From assembly GCF_009834535.1 (NCBI RefSeq), contig NC_045697.1, positions 95,978,001 through 96,042,000 of the forward strand: a stretch of 64,000 nucleotides of DNA, written 5' to 3'. Positions 40,441 through 54,642 of the stretch are shown here, one piece after another; within the stretch, counting starts at the first letter, position 1, and the number at the start of each line of letters is the position of its first letter. The notes beneath the pieces are model-generated. The model saw only the letters and a list, made by a program, of their open reading frames with translations, was not told where the DNA came from and did not search any database. The DNA comes from Camelus ferus. Its lineage: Eukaryota. The translations under genes were made by a program, and so were the position numbers.

Positions 40441-41405
40441 AAAACAAATTTAGAGCAAGATATAATATATGAACATGGTAGTCTTGAAAATTAAGGATTT
40501 AAATCAGATTCTCTATCAGGAGGTGTTAGACTCAAATGTACTGTGAACATTCCTTTATGCCTAGATTGTCAGGAAAGAGTAATAGGTTTAATCAATCAAG
40601 TCAAAACATACTTTTATTTATAGTTGACCAAGAAGATACCTTAGGTCTGAAGGATGGAGCAAGCAGTAACTTACAGTTCTTGGTAGGTGTCCATCCAGTT
40701 GGTGCTGTGTGTCTTATACAGTCATGTAGAAAGTCTCTCCCAAGTTTCCCTACCTTTTTCCTTTCCAATCAGCTTCATCCAGTGTCTGAATTTAATCACT
40801 CTAAAGTTACCTGCTTTCCGGTATATGTTGTTTCCTGACTAAGCTCTCAAGTCCATGTATTATTAGCAAGTCTGTTTTGGGTTCTCACATTGTTCAATCT
40901 GGGCAAATTACAAGACAAGTAATCTTTCAAACAATAACGTTAATTGTTTCTTACCTAAATTACTCCTTTGCTATCAGCTTCAACTGGCTTTATTAACTCT
41001 CATCTATTTGAAGGGTTTTTGACAATGATCAAAATGCTTAACTTTTTGATACTTGTCCATGAGATATTTCCATAGCAACGAAGCCTCAAAATTTCTCCCT
41101 TGTCAGAATGACTTGAGACTTCAGTTTCAAAATCTGAAATTTTATGCATAAATCCACTCCCTCTGGGTAATCTTTCTGATATGTGATAGAATATGCCTAT
41201 TATAATGAACAAGGTGCTTGGTTACCATCAAATGTAACTAGATTTTGACTCTTAGTTTCTATAGGACAAACATAATACATGCTTTATTAGGGGGAAAAAT
41301 GCTTCTAACCAGTTCTCTTAATTAGCAGTCTTCTGCACCCTGAATATATCAGATGGAAACAACACAGATTTCTGCCATGTTCTGCATCTCTAATCAATGC
41401 CAAAA

Positions 41406-41700
41406 TGTGCTTTAGTTTCTTGTAGCTTCTGTAACAAATTACCACAAACAGGGTGGCTTAAAGACAATAGAAACATATTACCTCCCAGTCCTGTAGTGCA
41501 CAAGTCCAGAATGAGTGTCAATGGGCCAAAATTAACGTGTTGGTGGGATCGCACTTGATCTGGAGGCTCTAGGGGAGAAACTGTTCTTGCCTCTTCCAAC
41601 TTCTGCTGGCAATTCTTGCCTTGTGGCTGCATCATTCCAACCTCTGCCTCCATCTTCACATCATCTTCTCCTCTTTTGTTTGATCTTCAATGCCTTCTTC
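41406..41700 (-). mobile_element. MaLR LTR (MLT1B/C/D-like), partial
   Basis: 'gtaacaaattaccacaaacagggtggcttaaa...ctggaggctctaggggagaa...cttgtggctgcatcattccaacctctgcctccatcttcaca'. Confidence 0.85.
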
Positions 41701-43249
41701 TACTAAATATGGTGTCACAAGAGCTATGCTTGTAGGATATAACACTTGTCTCTCTTTTGATTAACCAAGAGTTATATTTCATATACAAAGTATGGTCCGA
41801 CGACACAATAATTCCATGCTGTCTTAGAATCTTCATCTTGCGGTTTATTGAATCATTACATACCATCTATCAAATGGTTTGTCATACCTTTTAAAGATTT
41901 ATTTTTACTGCCTTACTTCAATTCCAGACCTGTGACCTTGAGATTTTTAAGTAAATAATAGATTTAGATAGCATTAGACTGACAAATGCTATGACCCTTT
42001 TTCTACAGTAATCTTCCTAATATATTACTTTAGAAGGGTCTAGTAAACATAAAGGACTTCAAAGATATTGATCATATTCTATTTCCTCAGCTGAGTGATG
42101 AGCGACTTAGTATTTATTTGTAGTCTCTCCTTGTACATAGGTACTATATACCATATTTCATATGTATAATACCTTTCATAATTTATTAAAATAAAGTCAA
42201 TGCATGGTTTAAAAAGGTGCATTAACTAGGCTTATTGCCATAGGAAAAAGCCCAACAATCTTGATAGGCCCAACAGCATCACCTTTATTAGACATTCCTG
42301 AGGATACAGTACTCTGTGGGGATTCTCAACCCTGTCAGCTCTGACAGCTTAGACACTTTTTAACAGTAGTTCCTGTCAGATTTTTCTCCACGGCTTTTTT
42401 ATCTTTCCCTATGCTGATTCTTTGTTTAAACTGTTTCTTTTATGCCTCTTTTCTCATTTTTTTTTATACTCATGAAAATCAAGTTGGAAGAAAAGAGTAA
42501 ACAACCATTATTAGAGACGTGTGAAAAATTTCTATGTACATCTCATGGATCTCAAAGGAAAAAACTTTCATGGCCTTTTTTTCCCCATATAATAATGTCT
42601 CAATAATACAGATTTCTATTTATTTTAGTTTCAGATATTTATGAGTAGAAAAAATATTGCTAAGCTGTAAATGTTCATGCTGGCTATGTTCATTTTTTGA
42701 TGGGTTAGTCTTTCTAAACAAAGATACTGAAAGGCTTTGGAAAATTTAGAAAATTTTTGAAAGGTTGAAATTAATTGGAAAACTGTCAAAGATTTTAAAT
42801 GATATCTCTCTTTTTCAAAGTATATAATAACATCTAGTCAGAATTGTTTTCTTGGTAACATTTTGAGGTTAAGAAACACACAGAATACTGTTCAAGGAAC
42901 AATGGCATTATCTGCGAAGAGAGGTGGACTCTTGAAAAGGATGCACCAATGGTAGAAAAAGGCCTAGAGAAAATTTTATCAAAAAGCTTCCCTTCTAAGG
43001 GAAAGGAGGAACTCAGATATGACATAGCATGCTACATAATTTGAAAAATAATTTGATGCTAAAGCCGATAAAGTTGAACTTTGCTCCTCTTTTGCCTTTT
43101 CACTTAATCTTTGTAGGTTTTTATTTACCCTTTCATCTTCCCTAAAATAAATTTTACACGAGTAAAATCACTTTTATTTTTGTCGGAAGCTGTATCAGAT
43201 TGAGATTTAGCATGGGTATGACAAAATATAATTAATACATTGTGTTTAG

Positions 43250-43505
43250 GTGATCAATTATGTAATATAGGGATTATGGGATACGGACCAGCCTTTCTGG
43301 CTTAGATCCTACTACCTCTCACTTACCAACTTATTAGGGGTGAGGAAATAGAAAATATGGAAACTGTCCCTCATTTTCTTCATCTGTTAAATAATGATAA
43401 TAATATTCTGTAACTGGAATAGTAATTGTCAGGAGTCAGTGAAACAATATATTTTCTTTATTGCCTTTACAGAAATTCCTCATGAATAAACTATAAAAAT
43501 TGTTA
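43250..43505 (+). mobile_element. MIR fragment
   Basis: 'ctgtccctcattttcttcatctgttaaataatgataataata' core. Confidence 0.6.
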
Positions 43506-43967
43506 GGTTAAGGATTAGAATTTACATAGAATTGAATAGAAATTCCCTTTAATGTTGATCATTAGTTTTTATTAGTGGGACACAATGTAAGCATTAATTT
43601 TTATTAGTGCAACATGTGCATCCTTGAGAGATAATATCACCTACAAGGAAGTAAAACTGGGTGTCCAGGTGTAAAAAAATTTATTCTCTTTATGCAGAAA
43701 GCAGAAATACACATATAAATACACAAGCAGTTGCACAGTATATCCTTGGCATTAAAATTTGATGAGATTATGTTAATAAAAAATATCTTAAGAGGCAGCT
43801 TGAGAGTGAATGACAATGAAAAAAGGTTGAGATCTACTGATGTAACACAAGGCAAAGTAAAGAAATAGTAAAATTTTAGAACTGGACATATAAAAGGTGG
43901 AATTTCTATTATTCAACACAAACAATACACTAGTGAATAAAATGGGTCTCCAGAGTTATGTACACTT

Positions 43968-44337
43968 TGTGAACAGAAGGTGGACTGAGCATTTTTTTTT
44001 GCCTGTCTTTTCAATAATGTATATATGGTGAACAGCCTTGCAATAGAGTGTCTTCTTTTGAAGCCATGGGCCACATACTTGCTTTGAGTCCCTCTACTGT
44101 ACTGCAACTGACTGTATGTGCAGGTGTCAACTGGCAATTATGGTGTCATTCTGTGGATACTGGGGCACAGAAAATTGGTGCCATTTAGGAAATTGCTGAC
44201 TCTATAGCTCCTGGTATTGCTGCAAGTGATAAAACTCTTTTTCCTTTGACCTGATGTCTCAAGTCTTCTATAGCATCCATGATCCTAGGCTAACTTATTA
44301 GCTTATATGTAGGGTTTAGACCTTTTCATTCTTAACA
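43968..44337 (+). mobile_element. Old solo LTR (MER77/MER68-like)
   Basis: TGT...ACA termini; 3' part 'aggctaacttattagctt...gtagggt...agaccttttcattcttaaca'; family assignment from memory. Confidence 0.5.
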
Positions 44338-46249
44338 GAGTAAGACCTGTTAAGTCTAGAAATTTGCTTTCAAATTGCTGGTAGAGTGAAAAATTAACAC
44401 GTAAGCAGTTTATTTTGTCCACGTAGATCTTAGCATGATGTTGTTTTCCTCTATTTTAGGTATTAGAGGGGATTGATAATTTGATCATTGCCTATTTGTA
44501 TCACAAGCCAGTATTTTCAATATTTTAATTTCCTCACACTTAGAAGAATTTTTTTAAACTAGTCTATAGGCTCTAGGGTGGTTATCTGTACCATTAACAT
44601 TGCTTAAAACTATTGTAAAGAATTGTTTTATTGTTTATTGTTTTACAATATATTGCCCAGATGTAACATCATGTTTTTAAATATATATAACACATTGATT
44701 TTTTTCCAATTCATGTGTACTATATCACACAAATGACTATTCTAGTAAGCTGAAATAATAATCTGAGTAGTCTAATAATAATTGCTCTTATGTATGATTC
44801 AAATCGTTCACCAGGAATGAAATATTTTTCCATCTCCTTCACACTAAGGAGAATTACACTTCAAGCTTACTGTCCCATCAGCTTTTTCTAGCTGCCTAAT
44901 TGATAATCACCAAACTTAGATTTCTTACGTCAAGAAAAATTTCAGTTTATTGCTATAGGATTTTCTGCTGCAATGATCCCACTTGTCTACACTTGTGTCA
45001 AAATCAGTAATAGTTATTCCCATGACAGGGTTCATAGGGGCTTTTCTATTAAGTTGAATTCAGAAGTCAAGTTTCCCCTAAGGATTACTGAATGCCAAGC
45101 TGACAAAATACCAGAGAGATTTTCTCTCTCTCTCTCTTTTTGTCATAGTCTTCTTTTCACTGTGCTTCTGTTTACTGTTTTTTTTTTTTTAAACTCAGCA
45201 GGAAAAAAATTGTGATTTGAAATTGATACACAACTTATAGCTGCATACTTATTTTTCAAACTAATGGGACTTAGATTAAATAGAAGAATCCCACATAGAC
45301 AATGTACAGAAGAGGTAATAATGGGTGAATATCACCCATTAATTACTATTATTTGTTTTGTTTTTCTGATATAAAAAAAATCACATTAAAATCCTTACTT
45401 TCAAGTAATATATAGTTACAACTGAAATTTAATCATTGTACTTACTGGTATCTGTCTACAGAATGTTCTGAGGGTGTGGTTTTCAATGAGAGAGAGATCT
45501 GTTTTCAACTCAGCTCATATATGGAATGGATTCTACATTTTCTTGGAAGAATGCTATTGATCTTTCAATCATAGCCAGGACTGCACTTTTCCACTTCAAT
45601 TTCTTGCTACAGTTTCACTTTGTATTTCATTTTGTCTTTTTTTTTTTTTTTTTTTACCATGCCTCCAAAACCAAATGGGATGGTACACCCCTTCCACTTT
45701 TATCTCACACCTTCTGCCTGGAGGGCATGGGGTGCGGTTGGTGGAATATTTTATATCATAATTCTCACCTGTTTAGAAACAATGGTGCCATGTAAAGTGT
45801 GAAAAGGAATGCTCTAAGCAAAAGCAACTATCATGCTTAATTGTGGGAATTTCTTTAAAAAGATCACCACAGGGATTATCTTCAAGCGGATAACTGGGAA
45901 ATGTTGCTTACGGAGAGTGGTACATAACCTTCCCCATCCTCTCAAGAGGAAAAAAAAAAGGTGAAGAAAGTGAGATCCAGAATAGAATGAGACCTTTATT
46001 CTCTGTGAGCAAGCAGTTGGAGGGACCAAGGCATATTTTGTGTCTTTCTTTCGACCCTGGAAGCCTGGGCTCCCTGTTTGAGAGGAATAAGAGAGAGCAC
46101 TGAAGTTTGTTTCTAATCCTACAGTGGTTGATTCAGGAATTCAGCAGAGAGGATTAGAGTGGATGAAAGAATGAGGGATTTTCACTGAAAATTGATCACA
46201 AATGTTTTGCAGAATAAGAAAGACAAGAAGATTTTTCAGATTCAAGATT

Positions 46250-46484
46250 AGTGATTTTCAAACTTTTTAAAAAACTTGTACTATCAGTAAGAAAAAGATT
46301 ATACATCACAACCCAGAATACAGACACACACTTACAAAAATATCAAAGGAAACACACTAAAAACTAAAACTACATCTGTGTTTCATTCTTGAAGTTTCTT
46401 TCCTATTCACTTCATTTCTATATAATAACCAACTAAATTGATTTCATAGCCTGTGGATGGCAACTCAAAATCTGAAAGACACTG
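46250..46484. mobile_element. hAT-Charlie-like MITE
   Basis: Degenerate terminal inverted repeats TAGTGATTTTCAAACT ... ATCTGAAAGACACTG; internal 'actaaattgatttcat'. Confidence 0.5.
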
Positions 46485-49004
46485 CTTTAGTGAAGAGTCG
46501 GGGGAAAGGTAGTGGAGACAAATGCCAGAAGAGAGTGCTACTTCAAGGATGCAGGAAATATTTTTTCCTTAATGCATTAATCTATAATAATGTTTATAAA
46601 TTTTTAATTTTCTTATTCATATACAAACTGGATTCTAAAAACTCATATTTTAAAAATTATATTAAAATATTAATATATCAAAATCAATTTGCTTTTTATG
46701 TATTGTAAAACATGCTAAATTTCTTATAGCTAAGTTGCAATGATCACGTTTTATTTTACTCATATAAATTGTTATATACAGTATAAAATCATTATTTCAT
46801 AAAAAGAGTATTTTAGCTCATATCAAGGGATAATTTATGTTTTTAACAAATTTATATTTTTGAAAACTTTCCTAATGATTGAGATAGAATTAGACATAAA
46901 AACTCTGCACCTTTATTTATGAAGAATTTTGTTATCTTTAAACAATGAATCATTAACTTACTATTTTTGCCTTTGACTTTTCTACCTTGTTCTCCAAGGG
47001 TACTAATTTAGATTTAATGTACATTGTCACCTTAAAACAAACAAACAAAACCTCCTACCCATTCCCAAGATTTTATACCCAGATATAACTTCTACTTTTT
47101 GATAAATATTTAAAAAAACATACTGATCTGAATGAAACATCAAACATTTTCTAATACCTCTCCATAAAACTGAAGTCACAGGGCATAGTGCATGCCTTGA
47201 TACAACATTATCCTTTATAGAACATCATAAAAAGAAATCACAAAAAGTTTATGGAGGGAAATAAGGAAAGTGGGAAATAAAAGTGAAATAGGGAAATAAT
47301 CACAAAGTTAAATAAACTTAGAGGTAAAAACTGACTTTTACACTTATACTTAATAGACTTAGAGGAAGGCCCACTTCCATTTACTTATAGTGTCTAGCAT
47401 AATGCCTTGAATAAATAGCTATTTAACAAATACATTAATTAAATTGTGAGAGAAATAATGCCAAATTTTCAAACCTCATTTTACCTATTTATTAAATTTC
47501 TATTTGGAATAAGCAATTAATTGAGATAACAATTAGTGTCCTTAGCTACTGAAGTACTGGAGAAACTAACACGCAGTGAAGAGGAGAGCAGGGGAAGATG
47601 GAAAGGATGGAGAGAAAAGAGAAACTAAAAACCAAATACTTTTACAATATACAACATGAATGAAAAAAATTGCTTTCAGAATTTGTACTTTATGCCTGCA
47701 TTTCCTTATATTACCATCTATTTTTCCATTAAGATTATTTGCATCCTTTTAATGTTTTATCATCTTAGAATTTATGCTCTTTTAAGAGTGTTTTGATTTT
47801 GTTGTTCAGAATGTATTCCTCCCAATTGCCCGTTAGATGATACCACCTTGTCACGTCTAACACCTACTAACACTTAGTAGCTTTGAGCCTTGTCCTTCAG
47901 TTTTCTCATTTGTACATAGAATTTCTGTGAGATAGAAACTACTGAGCAACTGTAGGTGACTTAGGGCACTGTGAAGATTGTCATGAAGTATGCACCCAGT
48001 AAATGCTAAGTGCCTTCATACAACTTACCATTGAAAACATTTTTTTAAAGATCACAGAATAAACACTCGAGCTCTAGTCTTAACACTACATTTCCTAGTC
48101 ACGTGACTTTTACCAAGGGATTTAAACTTCTTGTTTCTTGATTTCACTGTCAGTAAAATCAGGCTAACAGAACATGCCCCATCTGCCTCACATTCATCTG
48201 ACAAAGATTCAAGTAAACTTGTTGTGATACTTTTAATTTTACCATATTATGGTAGAAAACAGAGTAACACAAAGCCACTTTCTGAAGTCCCATGGAGCAA
48301 AGATAAAACGCAATTCTTTACTGACCTGACTGGGAGCACATATGGGGAAGCAAAGTGGTTAACTTCGTTTATTAACAGATTCTGTTCAATTGCATCTTCC
48401 TGATGATTGATCTCAGTTTGGGCATCATTTCCTTGCCTCTTTCTGTATCATAATTCATTGACTGAGTGGAATTACTTCTCTCTGCTTCATGGAATTTTGG
48501 ATAGAAATTTTATTCAATGTTAGTAATGCTTTCATTCTTTGGTGCAATTCATATTTCAAAGAAAGGTAACTGGCAGATTCTTTAGTATATTCAACAATGT
48601 CATATTCAATGTAAAGGAATTGAGGTTCCATGTCATGTATGAGCTTTCTTGAAATATTTCACATCATTTTGATCTTAAGGTGGAAGCAATATTCTATTCA
48701 AAGACAAAAATCAGTACCTATTAACTCTGAGTCAGATGTGTTTTTATTTATATATTTTAGTATTTTATGAATAAGGAACATTGGTAAGTTTATGAAATCT
48801 GCATTTTCTTAGGTTGATTTTGTTAAATGTATATAATTACCTATGGCAATATTCTTGAGATATTAGCAAACTTTGTGGAACTTTCAATTAAAATAATTTT
48901 TACTGAATGTAATAGAAACCTCAATGAAAAGAGAAAATAAGATCTTTTCAAGAAAGTAAGATTATTTCATTATCACCAAAGTTATTGTTTAATTATCCAT
49001 TTAA

Positions 49005-49215
49005 AAATATTATTGTTATAGCAGTTTTAGCTTGATATTAAAATTGAGAGGAAAGTACAGATATTTCCCATATACAAGCTGACTTAACACATGCATAGTT
49101 TCTCGCATTATCAGTGGCCAGAGTGGTACATTTATTACAATTGATGAACCTATATTGACACATAATTATTCAAAGTCTGCAGTTTCCCATAGGGTTTACT
49201 CATGGGTTTGTACAT
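49005..49215 (-). mobile_element. L1MC/MD-type 3' end
   Basis: 'agcagttttag...aaaattgagaggaaagtacagatatttcccatatac...ccagagtggtacatttattacaattgatgaacctatattgacacat'. Confidence 0.8.
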
Positions 49216-49799
49216 TACTTATCAATTTTTGAAGCCACAGTACTCTCAAAATTCAATTGAGATTTTGCTGCTGTATTTTATACACTTCAGAGTTCTAATT
49301 CTGACTTTTATAATTTGAGGATGATGAAGTAGGCAATGCTCACAACAGTCCGCATTAACACTAAATTCTGTTGATGTCTATGACTGACTAAATATGAATT
49401 CTTAAAAGGTAAGAATAAAAGGTATACCATTGCCTCACTTCTCAACACTTCCTGTTGCAAAAGTCACTTACAACATAATTCTTTATGTTTATTATGTTTA
49501 ATGCCTCAAATTATAACCTTAGGAAGTCTCAGTGCTGTAGATGTAAACGAGATTCCTTTTTAAAAATATGTATTTAATATATTTATAATGTTTAATACTT
49601 TTTTGGTATTTTGAGTTAGTTGGTTAATTGTGAGTGGCAATAGTAGAAAAGATAAAATTAGTAAAATTACTTAGCAAGGCAGGCAAGTGAGTGCTTATAA
49701 TTTGAGTAGTGGGAATTCAGATAGGAGTGATACCAAAATTTATCAGAAATCAGAACCATCTTCTCTGCATGTAAAGGTATGTAATTTCATTTAACAATA

Positions 49800-50282
49800 A
49801 CAATAATAAACTCATTATATGTTAATAAAAATAATATAACATTTATGAAAATTAGCTATATTTTCCCAAATAAAATATGTTCAGTGAGCAATGGGATATT
49901 ATTGTACTTTTCTGCAAATACCTTTAACGTCTGATGTATTAGGAGACAGCTGCATCCTCACCTCTGGTTCCGCATTCAACTGGTTGTGATAGAAGACGTC
50001 ATATACCAATCATTTTTCTCAGGATACATTTCTGGAATATGGTGGAAGTTATGATAATACTGTTTTAATTTGAAAATGTTCCGTAATGTATACAATAAAT
50101 TAAACTGTATCTGAAATTTTTTAAAAAGTTACAGTTTCTAGAAAGTTCATGAGAGAATCTGAGTTAAAAAGGTATATATGTCTATCTTGCTATTACAATA
50201 AATAATTTTGATCTTGATGACCCTCTAAAAGGATCTCAAGGACCCCTAAGAGATCACTCAGACAAAACTTGGATAACCAGAG
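49800..50282. mobile_element. Charlie1/MER33-type hAT fragment
   Basis: 'tgcaaatacctttaacgtctg...gacagctgcatcctcacctctggttccgcattcaactggttgtgat' and 'gaccctctaaaaggatctcaaggacccc'. Confidence 0.65.
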
Positions 50283-50520
50283 TACAGTCATAGTCATGTT
50301 TTGGTGTTTATTTACCTAATCACAAGTTTGAATGTTTTATCAATCATACAAATTGACCAATTATATTTTAAAACTCTTGGAAAACTCAAAATAAATGCTA
50401 ATGTTGAATTACGGGAGGAGTCAAATTAAGTAGAACACAATAAAGAATTGGTACGATTATGATGACTAAAAACTGACAGAGAAGACTGAAGAGAAAAATG
50501 AACAGTAGAAAATGAGAGGA

Positions 50521-50698
50521 CTGATGGTTCTCAGACCCAGATGCACGTTTTAATCACCTGGGGAGGTTTGTAAATGCACCTATACATAGGACTGACCCAG
50601 GTCTACAAAAGAGAATCACATGTGGAGAATCTTCTTCCATATGTTTTAAAAATTAACCCCAAGGAAATATCTAATGTGCAGCTAAGGTTGAGAATTTT
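50521..50698. mobile_element. MER5A-like hAT MITE
   Basis: 'tggttctcagacc...tgcac...aatcacctggggag...ctaatgtgcagctaaggttgagaat'. Confidence 0.7.
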
Positions 50699-53600
50699 TG
50701 GAATAATAATACAGAAGTACCCTATGCAAATAAACAAAGCAGAAAAGTTTAACACAGGAAATATGATCCAAGAGTGAGCAGAGTGTTGAACAAGAATATG
50801 ATTCTTATATAAAATGCTTCATTAAAGACGATGCTTTTTATTCTGAAGTTTGTAGCATACTTTTTTGCCTTTTTCTCTGATGCCAGTCACAGAATCCTCA
50901 TCAATGTATTTTTTAGTAGCAATTAACTATATATTACTCTCTCAACAATTTGATCGTTTTGAATCTGCTGAGAAGAAATGTATTGCTAATTTTTGCTTTA
51001 TAAGAATATGGACAGATATTTAAAATGTTAATGTTAATGACTGTATTAAAAACAAATTATTAAAAAGTGATAGAGAGAGCATATCTTACACCAAATCAAA
51101 CTAGGACATTTACAAATAATTGTCAGACATTGTTTTACTGACTAGTTAAACTCATTGAGAAGTTACTCTTTTGTACCCCTTTTATGTTACAAAGTCATGA
51201 GGATAGAGAATGTCTTACCTGCTTTCTGAATGTGTCATAATATCTAAGTAGTACTAGAAATATTTGATGTATTCTAATACGTACGTACCTGTATGCCCCT
51301 TCCCACACAGCTCAGCAGTAGTGCTGTCTGCTGCATGCCTAATATTCTTTTTTCCCTCCATTCTCAAATGTAAGTTCCAAAAGGGCAGGGTCTTTGTTTT
51401 GTTTCACTAATGTAGTTAGTGCCTAGAACAGGGCCTGGTACAAAGCAGGTCTTCAAATAGTATTAACCAAATATATAAACAGGTGAATATAATCAAGCAG
51501 AGTATAGCAAAGGGCTTCTATAGAAGTTGCTCTAAATTTCCTTCTTTATCAAAAATTCCATTTCTATAATGTGCAGAATCTGACCAAAGAATACATCACT
51601 TCATTATGATACACAGACTTTAAAAATATTATTTATGACTTCACTTCCCACCATTTTTAATTTTATTGTGTGTTATTTAAATAGGAAACATATTACTCAA
51701 GTAAAATGATATGACATGCATCACCTTTCAAACAGCATAGACCTCAATACTCATGGTGGCATAGCAGACATCAAGATAGACTTTTTATGTGTATTAAAGT
51801 TATAATCTCTGTTGGCAAAGACACTTCATTCCCCTAACAATCTTTCTTTACATACCAATGATTTGAGAAAAATTAAGAAATTACTGGGAAATGTACAGAA
51901 GGAGAGTTTTCATTTCCTACTGAGCTATCATTTTCTTTTCTTTTTTGATATTCATAATAGATTAAGGCAGGATTCATGAATAAGAGAAAATAATGTCCCT
52001 AATAGAAATTTGAGACTTTTTCAGGAGTCAAAATACTCCTTTGGAATTTACAAGCATGAGATACTATGACATCAAATACAAAAAATATGTAACTCTAGGA
52101 TATGGCATTTTCATGTTCATTGTTTATTCAGGATTGCAAAATATTTTAAGCAATTAAATTTTTATTTGATATTTAAAATTAAATGCCATATATACTTAAC
52201 ATGCCCAATGCCCTCAAATCCTTATTTTTCATATAATATTAAATATTAACTTTTAATGCAAAGTTTCCTGAGACTTGAGGTATACATATGTTTTTAATTC
52301 CTCCTCTATCCATCAACTGTATCTTCTTATTTTATAGTCCAGTACAGCACTGACATACAATAGCTTTTTGAAAATCTTCTACCCCTTGATGATGTAGAGT
52401 GCTTAGCAGGCTCTTGATATAATTTAAGGAGCTAATGAAACGTTGTCAGTGCCAGATACCTGCTCATTGGGAGATATGACAGTTATCTGGGAACTATTCA
52501 CAGTGCCTTAACTTTCCAATATTTGCATTCTTTTGGAGTAACAAATATGTCACCAATGAGGCTTGATATGATTTCCCACTGACACATTACTGAAAAAACA
52601 GGCTAGTATCTTCTGATTTTGCACTTTTAAGAAAAAGAGAAGAAAAGTTTCAATATGCCAAAATGTTTTTGCTTTCTAGAAGACACCTATTTGAGCTAAT
52701 TTAAGGAAATGAGATTAATTCTCTGGGAGTAATAAACATAACACAACATCAAAAACCAGAGCAAAAAATAAAACAAAACTGCTTAAACTGGTTAACAAAA
52801 CTGAGTAGAACTATCCTTAACACCTAAGTCTTAATAAATAGTGTTTGTGCATATAAATGAAGCATCTAATAGATTTACCTTTTAATATGCTGTACATGCT
52901 CCTGCAGAAGCAGAAACCTCTCAGTGCACAGGGCCCAGCTAAAATTTACTTGTGCTCCAAGAGAAACTGGAATTTTTAATTCCATGCTTTCCTTCTTATG
53001 GTTACAAGATATTTTAAAAGTTTAAAAATATACAGTATATTTGCTTTTTTTTTTTTTTTTTTTTTTGCTATGACTGTCCTCTAAATCCAGGTATTTCACT
53101 CTCTCATGTTAACATATCTCCTTAATCCAGAAGTGATCTATAAAATTTGACCCTCACAAAGGCAATGGTTTACTCATATAAGAAAGTCTATACTTGACCA
53201 AAACTGCAGTTCTCACTGAATTAATATGAATAGGCTAGGGTATGTTTTGGCACAGAAAAACTCAAAAATGATAATGCTTTCAGAGATAACCTACTTTTAT
53301 TGTATAAGGATGTTTTATAGGCTCCTATTTTGATGGAAATATGTTAAAGTAAGATCTTTTCCATTTCATTATTTTGTATATGAGCTTTTGGAGCTTATTT
53401 TTATGTATAATATGTTGATATTGAATATTGCAAAATATTAGAATATTGTGCTCTAAATTGTTGAAATGGAGTCAGTGTAACATGTATATATATATCTAGA
53501 TGAAATTATACACAAATATATTACATTTTTATGTGGTATATATGATAGATACCATTTAATATATATTTACATAGTATATTTTTATGATATGCATTATAAT

Positions 53601-54387
53601 TTAACTTCCAAGCACAAATTTAAAATAAGAAATTAAAATGGAAATGTTAATTTGACCAGAGGAAAAAATTTTAAGCTTTCTGCTAGTCACTCTACACACA
53701 AAACATGTCAAAATACAAAAAAAAAAAAAACAAAAAAACTAGTAACACAATGAAGTGTAATAGCCTTAATATATAAAATATTTATTCAAATTGATGAACA
53801 ACTTACTAGGACTTCACTAGAAAAATAAGTAAAATTTTAAAGTGCTAATAGAATATATTTTTAAATTATTGGTTTTCAAATTTAAAATTACAGGGAGTCT
53901 AACAATTCTGATAGGAGAACATGCCAATATGTCTTCTCTACACTGAACGGAAATTATTAGGGCATAAATTTGAGGAAGAATTTTGGTGTCATAAATCATA
54001 AGCCATGAAAATATTCAAAGCGCCTGCTCCAGTGATTCCATTTTAGGTACTATGCATGAAGTCTACAAAATTTTTATTTTATTGAACATTGGTGTACATT
54101 GTTCATTATGGCAAAACAAAGAATTGTAATTATTTTTAATGAGTAGTTACAATGTCCTCGCTATTCTTCTAAGTGAGTTAAGTATATTAACCCACTTAAT
54201 ACCAATGACAGACTTTTGAGGTAATACCTCTTTTTCAAATATGAGAAAATTGAATTCCAGAGAAGTTAATTGACCTGACTTGGAAGTAGTAAGACATGAT
54301 GTCTGGGTCAGATGATCCAGACTCTCAATGATTACACATCTGCCTCTCCTCTAGGGGGTGTTGATATACTAACATATGAAAACTCCA

Positions 54388-54642
54388 GTCATGGGGATGT
54401 AATGTATATAGCACAGTGACTATTGTTCATAATATTTCATTGCATATTTGAAAGTTGCTAAGAGAGTAAATATTAAAAGTTCTCATCACAAGAAAAAAAA
54501 TTGTAACTATGTATGCTGATAGATGGTGACTAAACTCATTGTGGTGATCATTTCACAGTGGATACAAATATCGAATCATTACATTGTACACCTGAAACTA
54601 ATATAATATTATATGTCAACTATACCTCAATTAAAAAAAAAA
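54388..54642 (+). mobile_element. L1 3' end (L1MA9-like) with short poly(A)
   Basis: 'gtcatggggatgtaatgta...gaaagttgctaagagagta...tgtacacctgaaactaatataatattatatgtcaactatacctcaattaaaaaaaaaa'. Confidence 0.85.
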
